Shown: one piece after another, positions 10,362-22,163 of the stretch
Numbering within the stretch: the first letter of the stretch is position 1
How the letters are laid out: the number at the start of each line of letters is the position of its first letter
From: Prasinococcaceae sp. CCMP 1430
Taxonomy: Eukaryota; Plantae; Prasinodermophyta
Direction of reading: 5' to 3'
Assembly (NCBI GenBank): GCA_013416795.1
Contig: RQSC01000026.1
Coordinates: 321,586-385,585, forward strand
Length of the DNA stretch: 64,000 bases
Notes under the pieces: model-generated
Seen by the model: the letters and a program-made list of their open reading frames with translations, nothing else
Told to the model about the DNA's origin: nothing
The model's database searches: none
Translations under genes and position numbers: made by a program

Positions 10362-13300
10362 TCAGGCTGGCCCGGCTGAAAGTAACAATCGTTTCCCGCC
10401 GCCGTCCGAGCTCTCCTTCTTGCGCAGGACCTTGAGCGTGCCGAAGGCCGCCGCGCCTTCGGAGGAACCTGAAAATACGTACGGCTTGTGACCAGTCTCG
10501 CTCGCGTACCTCTCGACGATGCGAGAGAGTGCGGCCTCGCCCGCCACGCCAGCGCGGCCGAGCACGCACACCGTGCCGCCGCTTCCGCCGCCAGTGATCT
10601 TGGCGCCATGTAACGCGCCACCGCCACTCTCGGCCTCCTCGCGCACCAGCTCGACCAGGCGATCGGTCCCCGTGCTACCGAGGCCGCACGCGCCGTAGCT
10701 CTCGTGACTTTGGAACATAAGCTCACCTAGCACCTCGAGCTGCTCATCGCTGTCCTCCGCGCAGAGCACCTGCGCGAACGCGCGAACGCGGAAGTGCTCG
10801 CGCACAGGATGTGCCGTGGGCGCTCGCACGGCGTACGTAGTGGCTCGGTCGATTGTCGTCACGGAGTCGCCATGGCCGTCGGGGCACACCCGCAGGAAGT
10901 CTTCGCCGCTCATCGTCTCGGGTAGCCTCCCCTCGTACACCTTCTCGAAGTCATGCACGCGAAGCTCCGCCAGGTGGCGGATGGGCTTGAGCGCGGCCTT
11001 GGCCGCACCGTGCATGTCGCCCTCCGCATCCGCACTGGAGCGCTCCACCTCTGCGCGCCGCGCATTGATGAGCGCCTTGCCCATGAAAGCACCCACGCGC
11101 ACCGACCCGTAGTCCGAGCCACCGACCGAGTGTCTGATGCCTGAATCGATGCCCCAAAGGGCGACGTGTGAGGGCACGTGCAGCTCGGGCTGCAACAAAT
11201 CTGGCTGGCACAACATGCGCATGAGCGAGCCGTCCATGCCACAGGCCGAGGCCATCTGGTCCATGAGACCGCATGGTGCACCGACCACGAGGTTTTCGAC
11301 TTTTTGGCACAGCACTGCAAGCTCCTTGCGGTCGAGCTCTAAGCCGTGCGCCCCGGCCAGCGCGCTCATTGCCGCCACCTCCACCGATGCGCTGCTGCTC
11401 ACACCCTTGCCCTCCGGCACCTCCGAGTGCACCAAGATCGCCATGCCGTCCTCGAAGCGCACGCCCTTTTCGCGCATGAGCACGACCACCGCGCCCACCA
11501 CATATGCTGCCCACCGGCGGCTGGTGTCCTGCTCGAAGTACGCGCGCGCGCGCTCGTACGATAGCACCTCCCCTGACGCATCGAAGAGGTCACGCAGGTC
11601 CATGTCAAAGGTGGGCGCGCGGTTCCCGGCGTCGGCGCCGGTGCTCACCAGGCGGATGGAGGCGACACCGTGCGCGCTGATGGCAGCCACGCCTGCGTCA
11701 CCGCTCGCATCTGAGCAGTTGCGCCGCAGTTCGTTGTGCCTGTGGCGCGTGTGCTGCCAGAGCCTCTGCTTGCCCACAGGCTGCCTCTGGAGGGCCACCA
11801 CGCACGCCTGCGCGATGGGCATTTGCAGCACAAGCGACCCCGAGTAGTCGGCAATGCCGCCCATGACATCGAGTCTGCCTGGGGCGCGCGACACGGTAAT
11901 AGGTGAGTCCCAATCAAAGAGCGCGCCCGCCGCACGCCACTCCGGCAGCGAGCGCGGCGAGATTTCTGCCTGTGGCTCAGAGAGGCGCGCAAGCAGCGAC
12001 AAGAAGCTGGACACGTCCGAGTCTGCATGCAGCATGGCGTCGCCATCAAGCACCGAAAAATGCGCGTCCATGGTGGGCTCGGCATCGGCGAGGCTGCTCG
12101 GGGCGGCGTGTGTCTGCTCGCCCCCGCTGTCTGCCGGCCAGCGCCTGGCGGCCTTCCGGTAGAGATCGCCATACCACTCGGGCACGTCGAACGTGCGCTG
12201 GTGCGCCCGCTGCAGCTGGTAGCCAAAAACTATCGTGTCCCTGAGCCGCACACGCGTGGCGCGTTCGGGCGGTGCCGATGCGATCAGCGGCGCTTCGGTG
12301 TTGCCAGCGGCGACCGCTTCGACGGCGTCGGCCACCATCTCAGCGCCGTTGAGCGCGCCTTTGTACTGCACGCGCAAGCGCAGCGCGGCCTCGAGGTAAG
12401 GCGCCCACCGACCTGCAAAAAAGTCGCGGCGTGGCATCTCCACGCTGGCACCGTTCACCTCGAGCAATTTTCTAAGGAAGGGCTCCTCGTTGAAGAAATC
12501 GCGCCGCACAAACACCATGGGAATGCCGTGCGCGAGCGCCTCCGAGGTGGTGCCGTACCCAATTTTGCCTAGCATTGCGTCGCATGCGTTGAGAATGTCA
12601 GGGATGTACGCGTCCTCTGAAGATGGGCGGAAGAAGCGCGGCGGCAGCTGGCTTTCACCATTGAGAGGCAGCATCGTGCACACCACACACTTCCAGCCCG
12701 GGGGCAGGAACTCCTCGAGCAGCTGCCAGCTGGCATCCTGCCCGCCGAAGTTGAACAGCAGCAGGCGCTCGCCCTCGCGAATGCCGAGCTCGGCTCGCAC
12801 ATCTGCACGGGCGCGCCGTGCGCGGCGGACCACGAGCGGGACATCGATCACCTGGCGAAAGGCCGGCATGGGCGTGAAGCCCGGCAGCCTGAGAAGCATT
12901 GCACAACTGGCGTAGTCCTCCGCAATCTGCCACACGATGTGCCTGGACTCCTTGCCCGCGGCCACCATGAAGTCCGCGTAGATGAAGTCCCACGAAAAGT
13001 TCGTCACGCACACACATGGGACGCGAGCGCGCGCGGCCGCCGCGCACGCGACAGGTACGCAATCGACAAGCACACAGTCCGCCATCGCTGCGCGCAGCCA
13101 CGCGGCCTCGGCGGCGACGATTGCCTCGCGCCCATCGACGGCCGTCTCCTTGTAACGTTGCAGCGAACCCACGCGGTCTACAGTGATGGCGTCGAGCTGC
13201 ACCGCCCCACAGTCGAGCGCCGCGCGCCGCACCGAGATGCGCTTTGCGGTGTCGGCGCCCGCATCGCGAGAAAACACGGCCGGCGGTGCCGCGCTCACGA

Positions 13301-13621
13301 CATGCACTGTGTCGCCGCGCTCGGCCAGCACGCGGCACACTGCGAGCACGCACGGGTGCAGTGGGGTGGGGCGGTGGTTGTTTTTGCAGCGTGGGCTGTC
13401 AGCGGGCGAGGCTCAAGCTCTGCTCCCTAGGTGTGGGCCCACGCGCCCGCAGGTTCGCTCGCGAGGTCGAGTCAGCTTGCCAGACGGCACAGCACGCGCG
13501 CCTGCGGCCGCGCACCTTCGGCCACGCGCGTCGCGTGGCCAAGCCCGTGCCCCGTCACGTAGTACGCCCACGCGAACGTCCGCCCCGCCGGCTGGCCGCC
13601 GCCGCCCGCGCCCGCGGCCAT
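10362..13621 (-). CDS. ARA1: L-arabinokinase (glycosyltransferase-like domain + GHMP kinase); exons 13516-13621, 10362-13339
   Basis: AYYVTGHGLGHATRV in exon 1; phase-1 intron 13340-13515; RAPGRLDVMGGIADYSGS, PEGKGVSSSAS, GAKITGGGSGG. Confidence 0.95.
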
Positions 13622-14258
13622 CGCACGCGCCGCGCGCGCCGCGCGCGCGTGAGAGCGACCAGACGCTAGGAGTCAATGAGAGCGGTGCGGCGATGCCGGT
13701 CGGGGTTGGGGGAGGGGGGGGGGGAGGAGCGTGCGCCGCGCGTGGGGGCAGCTGCCGAGCCCGCACCGCGCGTCGCGGTGTGGCGCCCCGCGCAACGCGC
13801 GCTGACATGTCACGCACACACACGCCAACGCCTCCCGGCACGCGAAAGACTCGAGGTTTTGGCCATGAACTGCTTCGTAACTTTAGGTATGTGTATCAGG
13901 GTTCAGTGTTGATCTACATTTACGTGCATCCATCGTTCACATGTCCACTATCGAAATGCACCACAACGAATCTGATGTGTTCCCCAAACGCAACGGGGTT
14001 AGCGCACCGAAATCGTGCGCGAGGCATGGCAGCCCAAGCGGCGCGAGGTAGCAGTGCGCGCGCGGCGCGCGCGTGCGGACCCCGCGGCCTGGCGCGGCGC
14101 GGGTGGTCTGCCGCGGCAGGGGGGAGGGGGCTTGAGTCTCAAAGGGGCGCTGCGCGTGCAGCCCGGCGCGCGCCACGCCGCGGCGCTCAGCACGCCGCCG
14201 CGCGTGCACGTGCACGCGCGCGCTCCGCGCCCGCGCGCACCCATACGGCGCGTGGCCG

Positions 14259-16156
14259 ATGGCGCGGCCAGGCACTGTCGACTACGCGCGCTTCGCCAAC
14301 GTCGACGCGAGCAGCGATGAGGAGGACACTAGCGCGGCCGTGCAGTCGGCGCGGCGCTACGGGCAAGGAGGTCTCGACTTGGACGACCCTCTGGTACAGA
14401 AGCTGCTTGGCGACGGCACAGGCGGCCTCGAGAGCGCCAAACCGGGCGCATTCGACGGCCTCGCGCGCGAGGAGCTGCGTCGCGGAATTGAGCTCAGCGC
14501 AGGCAGCGGCGATGTGCTCGGTGAGGCCAATTTCAGCAGACTCCTGGCTCGGGACATTCTCGGAGAGCCGCACACGAAGACCGGTGCCGAGGCTGCCGAG
14601 TGCGCGGAGGCGCGCGACGCGTACGCCACAGCTCTGCGCAAGTTCGAGCAGCTCGGTGCGCCAACCAAACGCTTTATCTTCGAGTGGCATGAGACGAACA
14701 TTGAGTATGCGAGCGCGCTGCGGCGCTGCAATGAGCATCACGCGGCCATATCGACGCTTAATCGCACGCGGAACTATGCCGTGGGCGAGGTGGCCGCGGC
14801 CGAACGCGACGTGTCCCGGCGCACGCCGGCTGCAGGGGAGGGGCCGGCAGATGGCGTCGGCGCGGCGTCTGCCGGCTCTTTGAGCGCCTCGTTGTTGCTG
14901 CTCGCGCAGGCGCAGCTCGGGCAGGGCGACGCGCATCTGGCGATGCAGGACCTCGGCGAAGCACGACGATGCTATGACGGATGCATAGACGCTGCGACAG
15001 AGCTGAGCGGCACTACAGGAGGAACGGCCGCCGGCGCCGCTGGCATTATATCCGCTGCTAAAGAGTCGCTCGCCGAGGTCACAGAAGGTGAGATGCTCAA
15101 TCGGCACGCGCCCTATCTGCAGGGGCTCTCAGAGGGCGAGCGAGCAGCCTTTGAGAGCAAGTACTTGGAACACATTCAAGCGGAGGCGGAGCGTGCACAG
15201 GTCATGGTGATTGCCGGAGAAGTCGACGATGACGATGATGGGCTCGACTATACCGTGCGTGATGTGGGTCCCAAGGCGATGGGCCCCGCCGCCGAGTCCA
15301 AGCGTTCGTTCCTGAAGGAGGTCGAGGCACTCGGACCAACGAAGCTCTTAAGTATGATGCGCAAGAGCGGGCAGGGAGCCAGTCCCGAGATGGCGCGAGC
15401 TGTACATCAAGCGCGCGCAATGGCGCATAGACTGCGTTCCAAAGGCCGCGACGAGGATGCACGCGCTCTTGAGAAGGAGTTTACCGTCGAGGTAAGCGCG
15501 CTACGCCATGCGCGCGTGCCTTTACAGGCGACGCGCGCGGATGTGTGTGGGGCGAATGCGCGTGAGTGCATATGCACACGCTGATCCTCCATTTCCTCCC
15601 TCCCGTCATTCTGTCGAAAACGATTGCACGTACGCCCGCCCTTCTCCAGAAGGATGGCGACATCGCGTCTATTCAGTCTGCCGAGGGTGGAAACAACATA
15701 AAAGGAAAGGGAAAGGGAAAGGGAACGGGCGAGGCGAGCAGTGCGGCGAAGCATGCATGGCACGAATCTATCGTGGCGGATGTAGACACAAGTTCGGATG
15801 AGGAAGGTGGCAGCAGCGCGGGCGGCAGCGGTGTGCCCAGAACTTGGGAGGAGGCGCGCAAGCGCATGCTGTATGACGAGATGAAGGGGGAGGTGGTCGA
15901 CGGGGGTGCTGTGATGCGCGCGCGTTCCCCTGAGCGCGCATCCAGCCCGTTGCGCGAGCCCGCTGCGCGTACGTTCACCACGAGCGGCAATGGCACCGTC
16001 GAGGACGACGAGAGCGACGCGGACGATGACATCATGTCATGGGTAGGCGGGGGCGATGGCGGCAGTGGTCGCCCACATGGCAGGGCGCGTGCACCGCGCT
16101 CTCTGCTCAGCGAGGAGGACGGCGTCATGGAACTCGGCGCTGATGAGGTGTTCTGA
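14259..16156 (+). CDS. Hypothetical helical (TPR-like) protein; exons 14259-15491, 15650-16156
   Basis: Long ORF; GTAAGC donor at 15492 and CCAG acceptor at 15649 join two ORFs in phase; TPR-like AQLGQGDAHLAMQDLGEARRCYDGCI. Confidence 0.7.
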
Positions 16157-16503
16157 GTTCGCACCCTGCGCACTTGCGCCACCGCATCGCCGGTATCGAA
16201 AGTAGAACTCTTCATCAGAATGCAAGCGACTGAAAAAAGAAAAAAGTAGGTCAAAATGCACGCAGCGTTCAAAAGAGCTGTTGAAAGGGGGCGATCTCGC
16301 GGCTGCGGCGCTGCCAGAGCGCGCGCGCGCGGCGGGCGCGCGCCGCGCCGCGGGGTGGGGGGTGCGGAGTGGTGCGGAGGCGGAGTTGTAGCGGGACGGT
16401 CTGCCTCCGCGTTCGAGGACGCGGGGGTGAAGAGGAGTGAGTGTGCGCGGGCGGGCGGTAGCGTGCGCGCGCGCGCGCTCGCGGCGGCGGCGGCGGCGGC
16501 AGC

Positions 16504-19500
16504 ATGTGGAACAACATCGCGGGTGCGCTCGGAAGCGCCGCGACGATTGCGGCCGAGAAGGCGTCCGAGTATGCGGCTGTAGCCGCCCCGCCGCCCACGC
16601 AGCCGCCTCAGAAGCAGCAGCAGCAGGAGCCGCAGCAGCAGCCACACATCCACTCCGCGGCGCTCTCGGCCACGGTCACGCCCCCGAATGCTGTTGCGGC
16701 TCCGGTCCCGCAGACCAGTGCTGCACCCGCTGGGTCTGACGAAGAGGACGACTGGTTGGATGAGCCGGTCGAGGATGTCATGGCATCGCAGCCACCACCG
16801 CCGCCGATGAGCAAGCCGCCTCCTGTAGGCCCGCCGCTGCCCGGTCCGGCCGGGCCGGCGCCGACACCCTACCAGCAGCTGAAACAGGCACAGCAGGCGC
16901 ATGCCGCGTCCGATCGAGCACCCAACGGGAATGGTCATGCTCCTGCTGCCACCGGCGCCGCGGACGCGGCTCGCGTTGAGGCGCTACAGGATGAGCTGTC
17001 CGCTGCCGCTGCCGCGCACGAGAAACATACGGCCGAATTACAGGCGCACTATGCTGCGCAGATGGAGCGGCTCATTGAGCAGCAATCTGCGGAGGCCGAG
17101 GCGGCCGAGGCGGCAGCTCAGACTGCGTCCCTCCTGCGCCAGCAGCTGCATGATGCCGAGATGAGGGAGAAGGAGCTCGAAGCGCGTTCTTCTCAAGCGG
17201 AGAGCGAAGCCAAAGAGCTCGGCGCGCGGGCAGAGACGCTTGAACATCAGGTGGCGCGCCTCGTCGAAGAGATGAACAGCGCAGGTGGCAACACGAATGA
17301 GCAGCAGCAGGCCGCGTCGGCGGACGCGGCACAGCTGGAGGCGCTGCGTGTGGAGGCCGACGAGGCGCGCCGGCGGGCGGAAGTTGCCGTAGAGCAGGTC
17401 CAGGAAGTGCAGGAAAGCGTGCAGGAGCAGATTACATTTCTACGCGATGAGCTCACTGATGCGTCGGAGCGAGAATCCGCGCTCCGAGAAGAGCTGCAAG
17501 CGTGCAAGAGTGGGGCCATCGCGAGCTCCGAGTCGGCAGAGGCAGCGGCGCGGTCTGAAGCGCGGGCAGTCGAGGCGGAAGAGGCCCTGCAGCTCACACA
17601 ACAGCAAAACGACCAGCTTCGCGAGGCTGTGCGCGCTGCTGTGGAGGCCGAGGACGGTGCCAAGCGAGCTGCGGCTGACGCCGACGAGCGTGCCCGAGCT
17701 GCCACAGAGGCGATGGCCGCCGCCGAGGAGCGTGCCAAGGCGGCTGTGGGGTCTGCAGCGATTGCACCTGCTGCTACCCCCAGCCCCGATGATGCTGCCG
17801 CGGCCATTGAGGCTGCTGCGCAGCTAGTCTCCGTCCAGGCCGAACTTGAGGCGGCCCGGGCTGAAGCCCTCGAAGCTGCCCAGACTTCGCAGGAGATGAT
17901 CACCTTTTTGCGCGAGCAGCTGCAGGAGGCGTCTGAAAGGGAGACAGCATCTCAGGCATCCCAGACCGCCGCAGAGGTTGCGCTGGCGGAGGTGAACGAG
18001 CGGCTGGGCGGCGCTGAGACCGCCGCCGCCGACGCGCAGGAAGAAATGACCGCGTTGCGTGGCCAGGTGAGTGCACTTCACGAGCAGCTGCGCGCCGCGG
18101 CAGAACGTGAGGACGTCGCCGCAGAGGGTGTGGAGGCAGCCAGTCACGCGCAGGAGCATGCGCTGAAGGAGATTGAAGGTCTCCGAGCGCAGGTGGCGAG
18201 CCTGCAGCAGCAGCTCGTTGCTGCGCAGGAGAGCATCGCAGAGAGCGATGCCCTTGCGACGGCAGCGGGCGAGAGCACAGCCGGGCGTGATATTGAAGTC
18301 GCTGCACTCACCGCTGCTCGGGCGGAGGCTGAAAGTATTGCTGCAGAGGCCGACCGCAGAGCGCAAGGTCTCGCGACGGACCTCGAAGCGGTCAGGCAGG
18401 AGCTCGAGCAGGTGCGCATGGCTGCTGAAGAGCAAGCACGGAAGGAGGCGGTGCAGCAACGCGAACGCGCTGCAGAGATCGGCGGCGCGAGCACGGGGCA
18501 TGACAGCGCCCGAGTGGCTGAGCTCACGACGCAGCTGCAGGCGGCGGAATCGGAACGGGAGCGACTTGAGGCGGATCTTGAAACCCTGAAGGCGCAACTC
18601 ATCGAAGTTTACGATCAGGAGGGCGAGCGCGCGGAGGCTGATGCCGCCGAGGTTGCCGCTCTCACAGAGTCTGTCGCTGCGGCCGAGGAGCGCGCAAAGG
18701 CGGCTGAGGCCCGCGCGACGGAGGCCGAGGTGCTCGCGTCGGCCGCGCAGGCCGGAGCGGGAGCGGCAGCCACGGCAGCTGCGATGGGCAAGTTCTCGGG
18801 AGAGCGTGCAGAGATGCAAGCTGAGGTCGATGAGGCCAGGAGGGCGATGGCTGCAGCTGAGCGCCGTGCAGATGCCGCCGAGGAGGAGGTCAATGGCCTC
18901 CAAGTCGCCCTTGGCGCGCTCACAGCCCAGAATGACGCTGGTGCTGCGGCCGTGGACGAGGCACGACTGGCTGTTCGCCGCTCGAAAGATCTCGAGCGTG
19001 AGATCGAGACCTTGCGGGCGTCGCAGGCTGCCCTCGAGCGCGACGCGGCGGAGTTTCAGCGCTCGATAGGCGCGGCCGGCGAGCGCCTGATGAAGGCGGA
19101 GAGAGACCGCGATGAGGCTCGGCGCGAGTGGGTGCGCACGTCTGCCGCGCTCGAACGTGCCGCAGCGCAGCTTTCGCGCGAAGCTTCGGGTGGCGGCGAG
19201 CACCTCGATCGGCGCATTGCCGGCAAGCTCCTGCTGACGTTCTTCGAACGAGGGCAGTCCGCAGCGGATCTCGATATCATGTGCCGGGTGCTCGCCGTGC
19301 CGGAGGATGCTCGGTTGGCCATGCAGCGCGAGCGAGCAGCGCGAGAGCCGAGCGTCGTGCGCGCCGCCGCGAGCGTTGCAACGATGCCATTCAAGGCGCC
19401 GCTGGCGGTCGGTGGACTGGCGCTGACGGCGCTGGGCAACGTTGCCGCGATGACCGGCATGGTCGCGGACAAGTCCCCGCAGGAGCTGGGCCAGGAGGCA

Positions 19501-19674
19501 CTCGAGTTGCAGAAGCGCGGCGAGCTCGTGGAGGCCTTCGTCAACTTCCTGGAGACTGCCGCCGAGGACGGTAGCGCCGATGCGCGGGGTGGCGGCGCAG
19601 CGGCGCTCGAGGCCCCGCCGGCTGCTCACCCGACCCTCCCACCGGCCGCGTGGGTCGACGCCCCGGATCCATAA
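16504..19674 (+). CDS. Golgin with long coiled coil and C-terminal GRAB domain (GC3/GC4, GMAP210-like)
   Basis: 1056-aa Ala/Glu heptad coil; LDRRIAGKLLLTFFERG..LDIMCRVL; LVEAFVNFL. Confidence 0.8.
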   Translation: MWNNIAGALGSAATIAAEKASEYAAVAAPPPTQPPQKQQQQEPQQQPHIHSAALSATVTPPNAVAAPVPQTSAAPAGSDEEDDWLDEPVEDVMASQPPPPPMSKPPPVGPPLPGPAGPAPTPYQQLKQAQQAHAASDRAPNGNGHAPAATGAADAARVEALQDELSAAAAAHEKHTAELQAHYAAQMERLIEQQSAEAEAAEAAAQTASLLRQQLHDAEMREKELEARSSQAESEAKELGARAETLEHQVARLVEEMNSAGGNTNEQQQAASADAAQLEALRVEADEARRRAEVAVEQVQEVQESVQEQITFLRDELTDASERESALREELQACKSGAIASSESAEAAARSEARAVEAEEALQLTQQQNDQLREAVRAAVEAEDGAKRAAADADERARAATEAMAAAEERAKAAVGSAAIAPAATPSPDDAAAAIEAAAQLVSVQAELEAARAEALEAAQTSQEMITFLREQLQEASERETASQASQTAAEVALAEVNERLGGAETAAADAQEEMTALRGQVSALHEQLRAAAEREDVAAEGVEAASHAQEHALKEIEGLRAQVASLQQQLVAAQESIAESDALATAAGESTAGRDIEVAALTAARAEAESIAAEADRRAQGLATDLEAVRQELEQVRMAAEEQARKEAVQQRERAAEIGGASTGHDSARVAELTTQLQAAESERERLEADLETLKAQLIEVYDQEGERAEADAAEVAALTESVAAAEERAKAAEARATEAEVLASAAQAGAGAAATAAAMGKFSGERAEMQAEVDEARRAMAAAERRADAAEEEVNGLQVALGALTAQNDAGAAAVDEARLAVRRSKDLEREIETLRASQAALERDAAEFQRSIGAAGERLMKAERDRDEARREWVRTSAALERAAAQLSREASGGGEHLDRRIAGKLLLTFFERGQSAADLDIMCRVLAVPEDARLAMQRERAAREPSVVRAAASVATMPFKAPLAVGGLALTALGNVAAMTGMVADKSPQELGQEALELQKRGELVEAFVNFLETAAEDGSADARGGGAAALEAPPAAHPTLPPAAWVDAPDP

Positions 19675-19916
19675 TCAACGACCGTTCAAAACCATATGCA
19701 GTCCAGTACCGTGTTCCTGCCCCATTTTTTGAAAATGTTGCGCAGCGCAAGCACGGGCGGCAGGACGTGGCACACGGGGCGCGCGGCTCGGCGCGGCGCC
19801 CGCGGGCGCCGTGGCGCGCGCGCGAGGCGCGCGCCGCCGTCCCAGCCGGCGCCCAGCACCGGCCGCTGGAGCGCGCTCCGCTGGAGCAGCTCCAGCAGGT
19901 GCAGACGGCGAGGCCG

Positions 19917-20453
19917 ATGGAAGTTGGCGTCCAGCGGCGTAACCCCTTCGCGCGCGCCGATGTGCGCTGCGCTGAAAGCCGCGTCGGTCCGACGTCAGGC
20001 GCCAGCCGCATTGCTGAGGGCGGCAATGGAGGCGACCGCGCACCGAGTCTTTCTCTCGCTCGCGTTGCAGCCGTGCGCCCCATTGGTCCACGCCGCACAC
20101 TCCCGCTGCTGAACGCTGGTGTTCCGAAGTCGAGCAAGGGCAAAGAAAAGAGCCGGAAATCGCCTTCCGTGCGCGGATCGGCAACGCTGGGCATGGCCGC
20201 GCCATCTGCTGCGGAGCTACGCAAGCGCGGGCCGCGACGGGTACGCAAGCGCGAGCACGACAACCTGTACCAACACTATCTCGACTGCGATCCGTCCATG
20301 GACGCGTCCACAGTCTTCGGCGCAGGAGACGGCGGCGCGGCATTCGGCCTGGGCGAGAGCTGCGGCGCCCGGGACGATGCCACAAGTGTCGCCAAGTCTG
20401 CTGGCGCGGGCGATGATCTGCGGTGGGAGCTGATGGGCGCGAAGACGTTGTGA
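19917..20453 (+). CDS. Hypothetical protein
   Basis: Open frame with plausible composition, followed by an AT/GTAC-rich 3' region; no motif recognised. Confidence 0.4.
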   Translation: MEVGVQRRNPFARADVRCAESRVGPTSGASRIAEGGNGGDRAPSLSLARVAAVRPIGPRRTLPLLNAGVPKSSKGKEKSRKSPSVRGSATLGMAAPSAAELRKRGPRRVRKREHDNLYQHYLDCDPSMDASTVFGAGDGGAAFGLGESCGARDDATSVAKSAGAGDDLRWELMGAKTL

Positions 20454-20612
20454 TGCGCGCGGGTCGCATCGCCCGGTAGCCACGTCTGCTTTTGTGTATA
20501 TGTAGTCTACAAGTACAGTACCAAAGACTCTTTATTTGACTGTGGCTCTCGATGCAAAGATCATCTCCAGCGTGTGTGCAACTCTAAGAGGGTGCTTGGA
20601 GCTTTCCAAGTT

Positions 20613-22163
20613 TCAGAACGGAATGTCTTCTCCAGCGTCGTCGAAGTCACCGACGGGGTAGCCCCCGTCGCCGCTGTTGTAGCCGTAGTCGGACCCCATA
20701 CCACCGCCCGCACCACCACCATAGCCCATGTCCGCACCGCTGCTGACTCCCTGGCCAGCGTTGCTGGGCGCAAAGTTGCCGGCGGCAACGCCCATGCCGG
20801 CGAATGCACCCGCGGCAGCGCCGGCAGGCATTGCGGGCTGCGCATCATACGGCGATGCGGGCGCGCGCGCGCCAGCGCCCGCACCACCATTGGCAGGAAG
20901 CGACGCAACACGCGCAGCGAGCTCTTCGGGCACCGAAGAGAGCCACAGCGCATCGCCATTCTCCTTGTGCTTGAAGTCGGGCGCCTTGGGGTTGCGCTTG
21001 CCCTCACGGTTGTCCCACCATGCGGATGGGCTATCCAGCAGGCTCTCCCACTTGGCCACGTCTGCGGGATTTGGCGCACGCCTTGCGCCGCCCGCGCCGC
21101 CTGCGGCGCCCATTGCCGGTGGCGGTAGCTCAGCCACGCGCGCGGCAATGCTGGGCGGCGCCGAGTTGAGCCACAGCGCGTCGCCGCTCTCCTTGTGCTT
21201 GAAGTCGGGCGCCTTCGGATTGCGCTTGCCCTCGCGGTTGTCCCACCACGCCGACGGGTCGGCGAGCAGGCTGTCCCACATGGCCTGCTGCGCGAGCGGC
21301 ACCGCGGATCCGCCTGCACCGCCCACCGGTGCGGGGGCCGCACTCGCGCCGGCGCTCGCGGCAGGCCTGGCGCCCATGCCCGCGCCCATGCCCGCACCCG
21401 CGCCCGGGCCCTGTGCCTGTTGCGCCGCGCCTGGCGCAGGTGGCGGTGGCAGCGTAGACGCCACACGCTCTATGATGGCTTCGCTTGGAGGATACGCGCC
21501 GCCGAGCCACAGCGCATCGCCGCTGTCCTTGTGGACGAAGTCGGGCGCCTTGTCGCTCCTCTTCGTGAGACGGTTGTCCCAGAAGCTACTGTAGTCGGCG
21601 AAGAGCATCTCCCAGAGCTCGGCCTTCTTCACAGGTGCGCCAGATCGCGACACGCCACCGGCCGGGCTGAAGTCTTCCGAGCCCAGGCTCGCGGCACGGC
21701 CAAGCTCGCTCGCCACCACCTTGAACGCGCGGCGCTTTGGGCCATCCGGGTTCATTTTGTCCTCGGGCCAAACGTCGACCTTGAGCCTGCCACGGATGGC
21801 GATGGCGTCTCCTGCGGACATATGCTCCGCGCACTGCTGCGCGACGGCGTCCCACATCTCTACGTTGTAGAAGTCGCGCCCCCGCCCAGCCCGCACCGAG
21901 ATGCTCAGGTTCGCCACGAGCTTGCGCTGTCCCTGAAAGTCGAGCTCCTTCAGCGCCACGCCGCGCTCGGTGATCTCTCCGATGAGGGCGACCGAGTTGG
22001 CGCGCTCGGGTGCGAACTCGACGAGCTCGGGCTCCGGCGTGGTGAGCGGCCCTCGGGAAGCTGCGCCGCCGGCAAAGTCGTGCTCGTCGCCCGCGCCCGT
22101 CGCCCAGTCACCCGCAACGGCGGCGGCCGCCACGCCGCGCGCGCCCGCGCTCGCCAGCCCCAC
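20613..22163 (-). CDS. OSB: Organellar single-stranded DNA-binding protein (SSB OB fold + 3 PDF motifs); start unresolved
   Basis: NSVALIGEI..NVEMWD..IAIRGRLKVDVW; three WDNR..K..P-D-F.HK..GDALWL motifs; acidic tail GEDIPF. Confidence 0.9.
   Translation of the reverse strand: MGLASAGARGVAAAAVAGDWATGAGDEHDFAGGAASRGPLTTPEPELVEFAPERANSVALIGEITERGVALKELDFQGQRKLVANLSISVRAGRGRDFYNVEMWDAVAQQCAEHMSAGDAIAIRGRLKVDVWPEDKMNPDGPKRRAFKVVASELGRAASLGSEDFSPAGGVSRSGAPVKKAELWEMLFADYSSFWDNRLTKRSDKAPDFVHKDSGDALWLGGAYPPSEAIIERVASTLPPPPAPGAAQQAQGPGAGAGMGAGMGARPAASAGASAAPAPVGGAGGSAVPLAQQAMWDSLLADPSAWWDNREGKRNPKAPDFKHKESGDALWLNSAPPSIAARVAELPPPAMGAAGGAGGARRAPNPADVAKWESLLDSPSAWWDNREGKRNPKAPDFKHKENGDALWLSSVPEELAARVASLPANGGAGAGARAPASPYDAQPAMPAGAAAGAFAGMGVAAGNFAPSNAGQGVSSGADMGYGGGAGGGMGSDYGYNSGDGGYPVGDFDDAGEDIPF

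Noticed and set aside
13850-14010. AT-rich island as snoRNA or insertion
   Set aside because: No convincing boxes or terminal repeats; probably a divergent promoter
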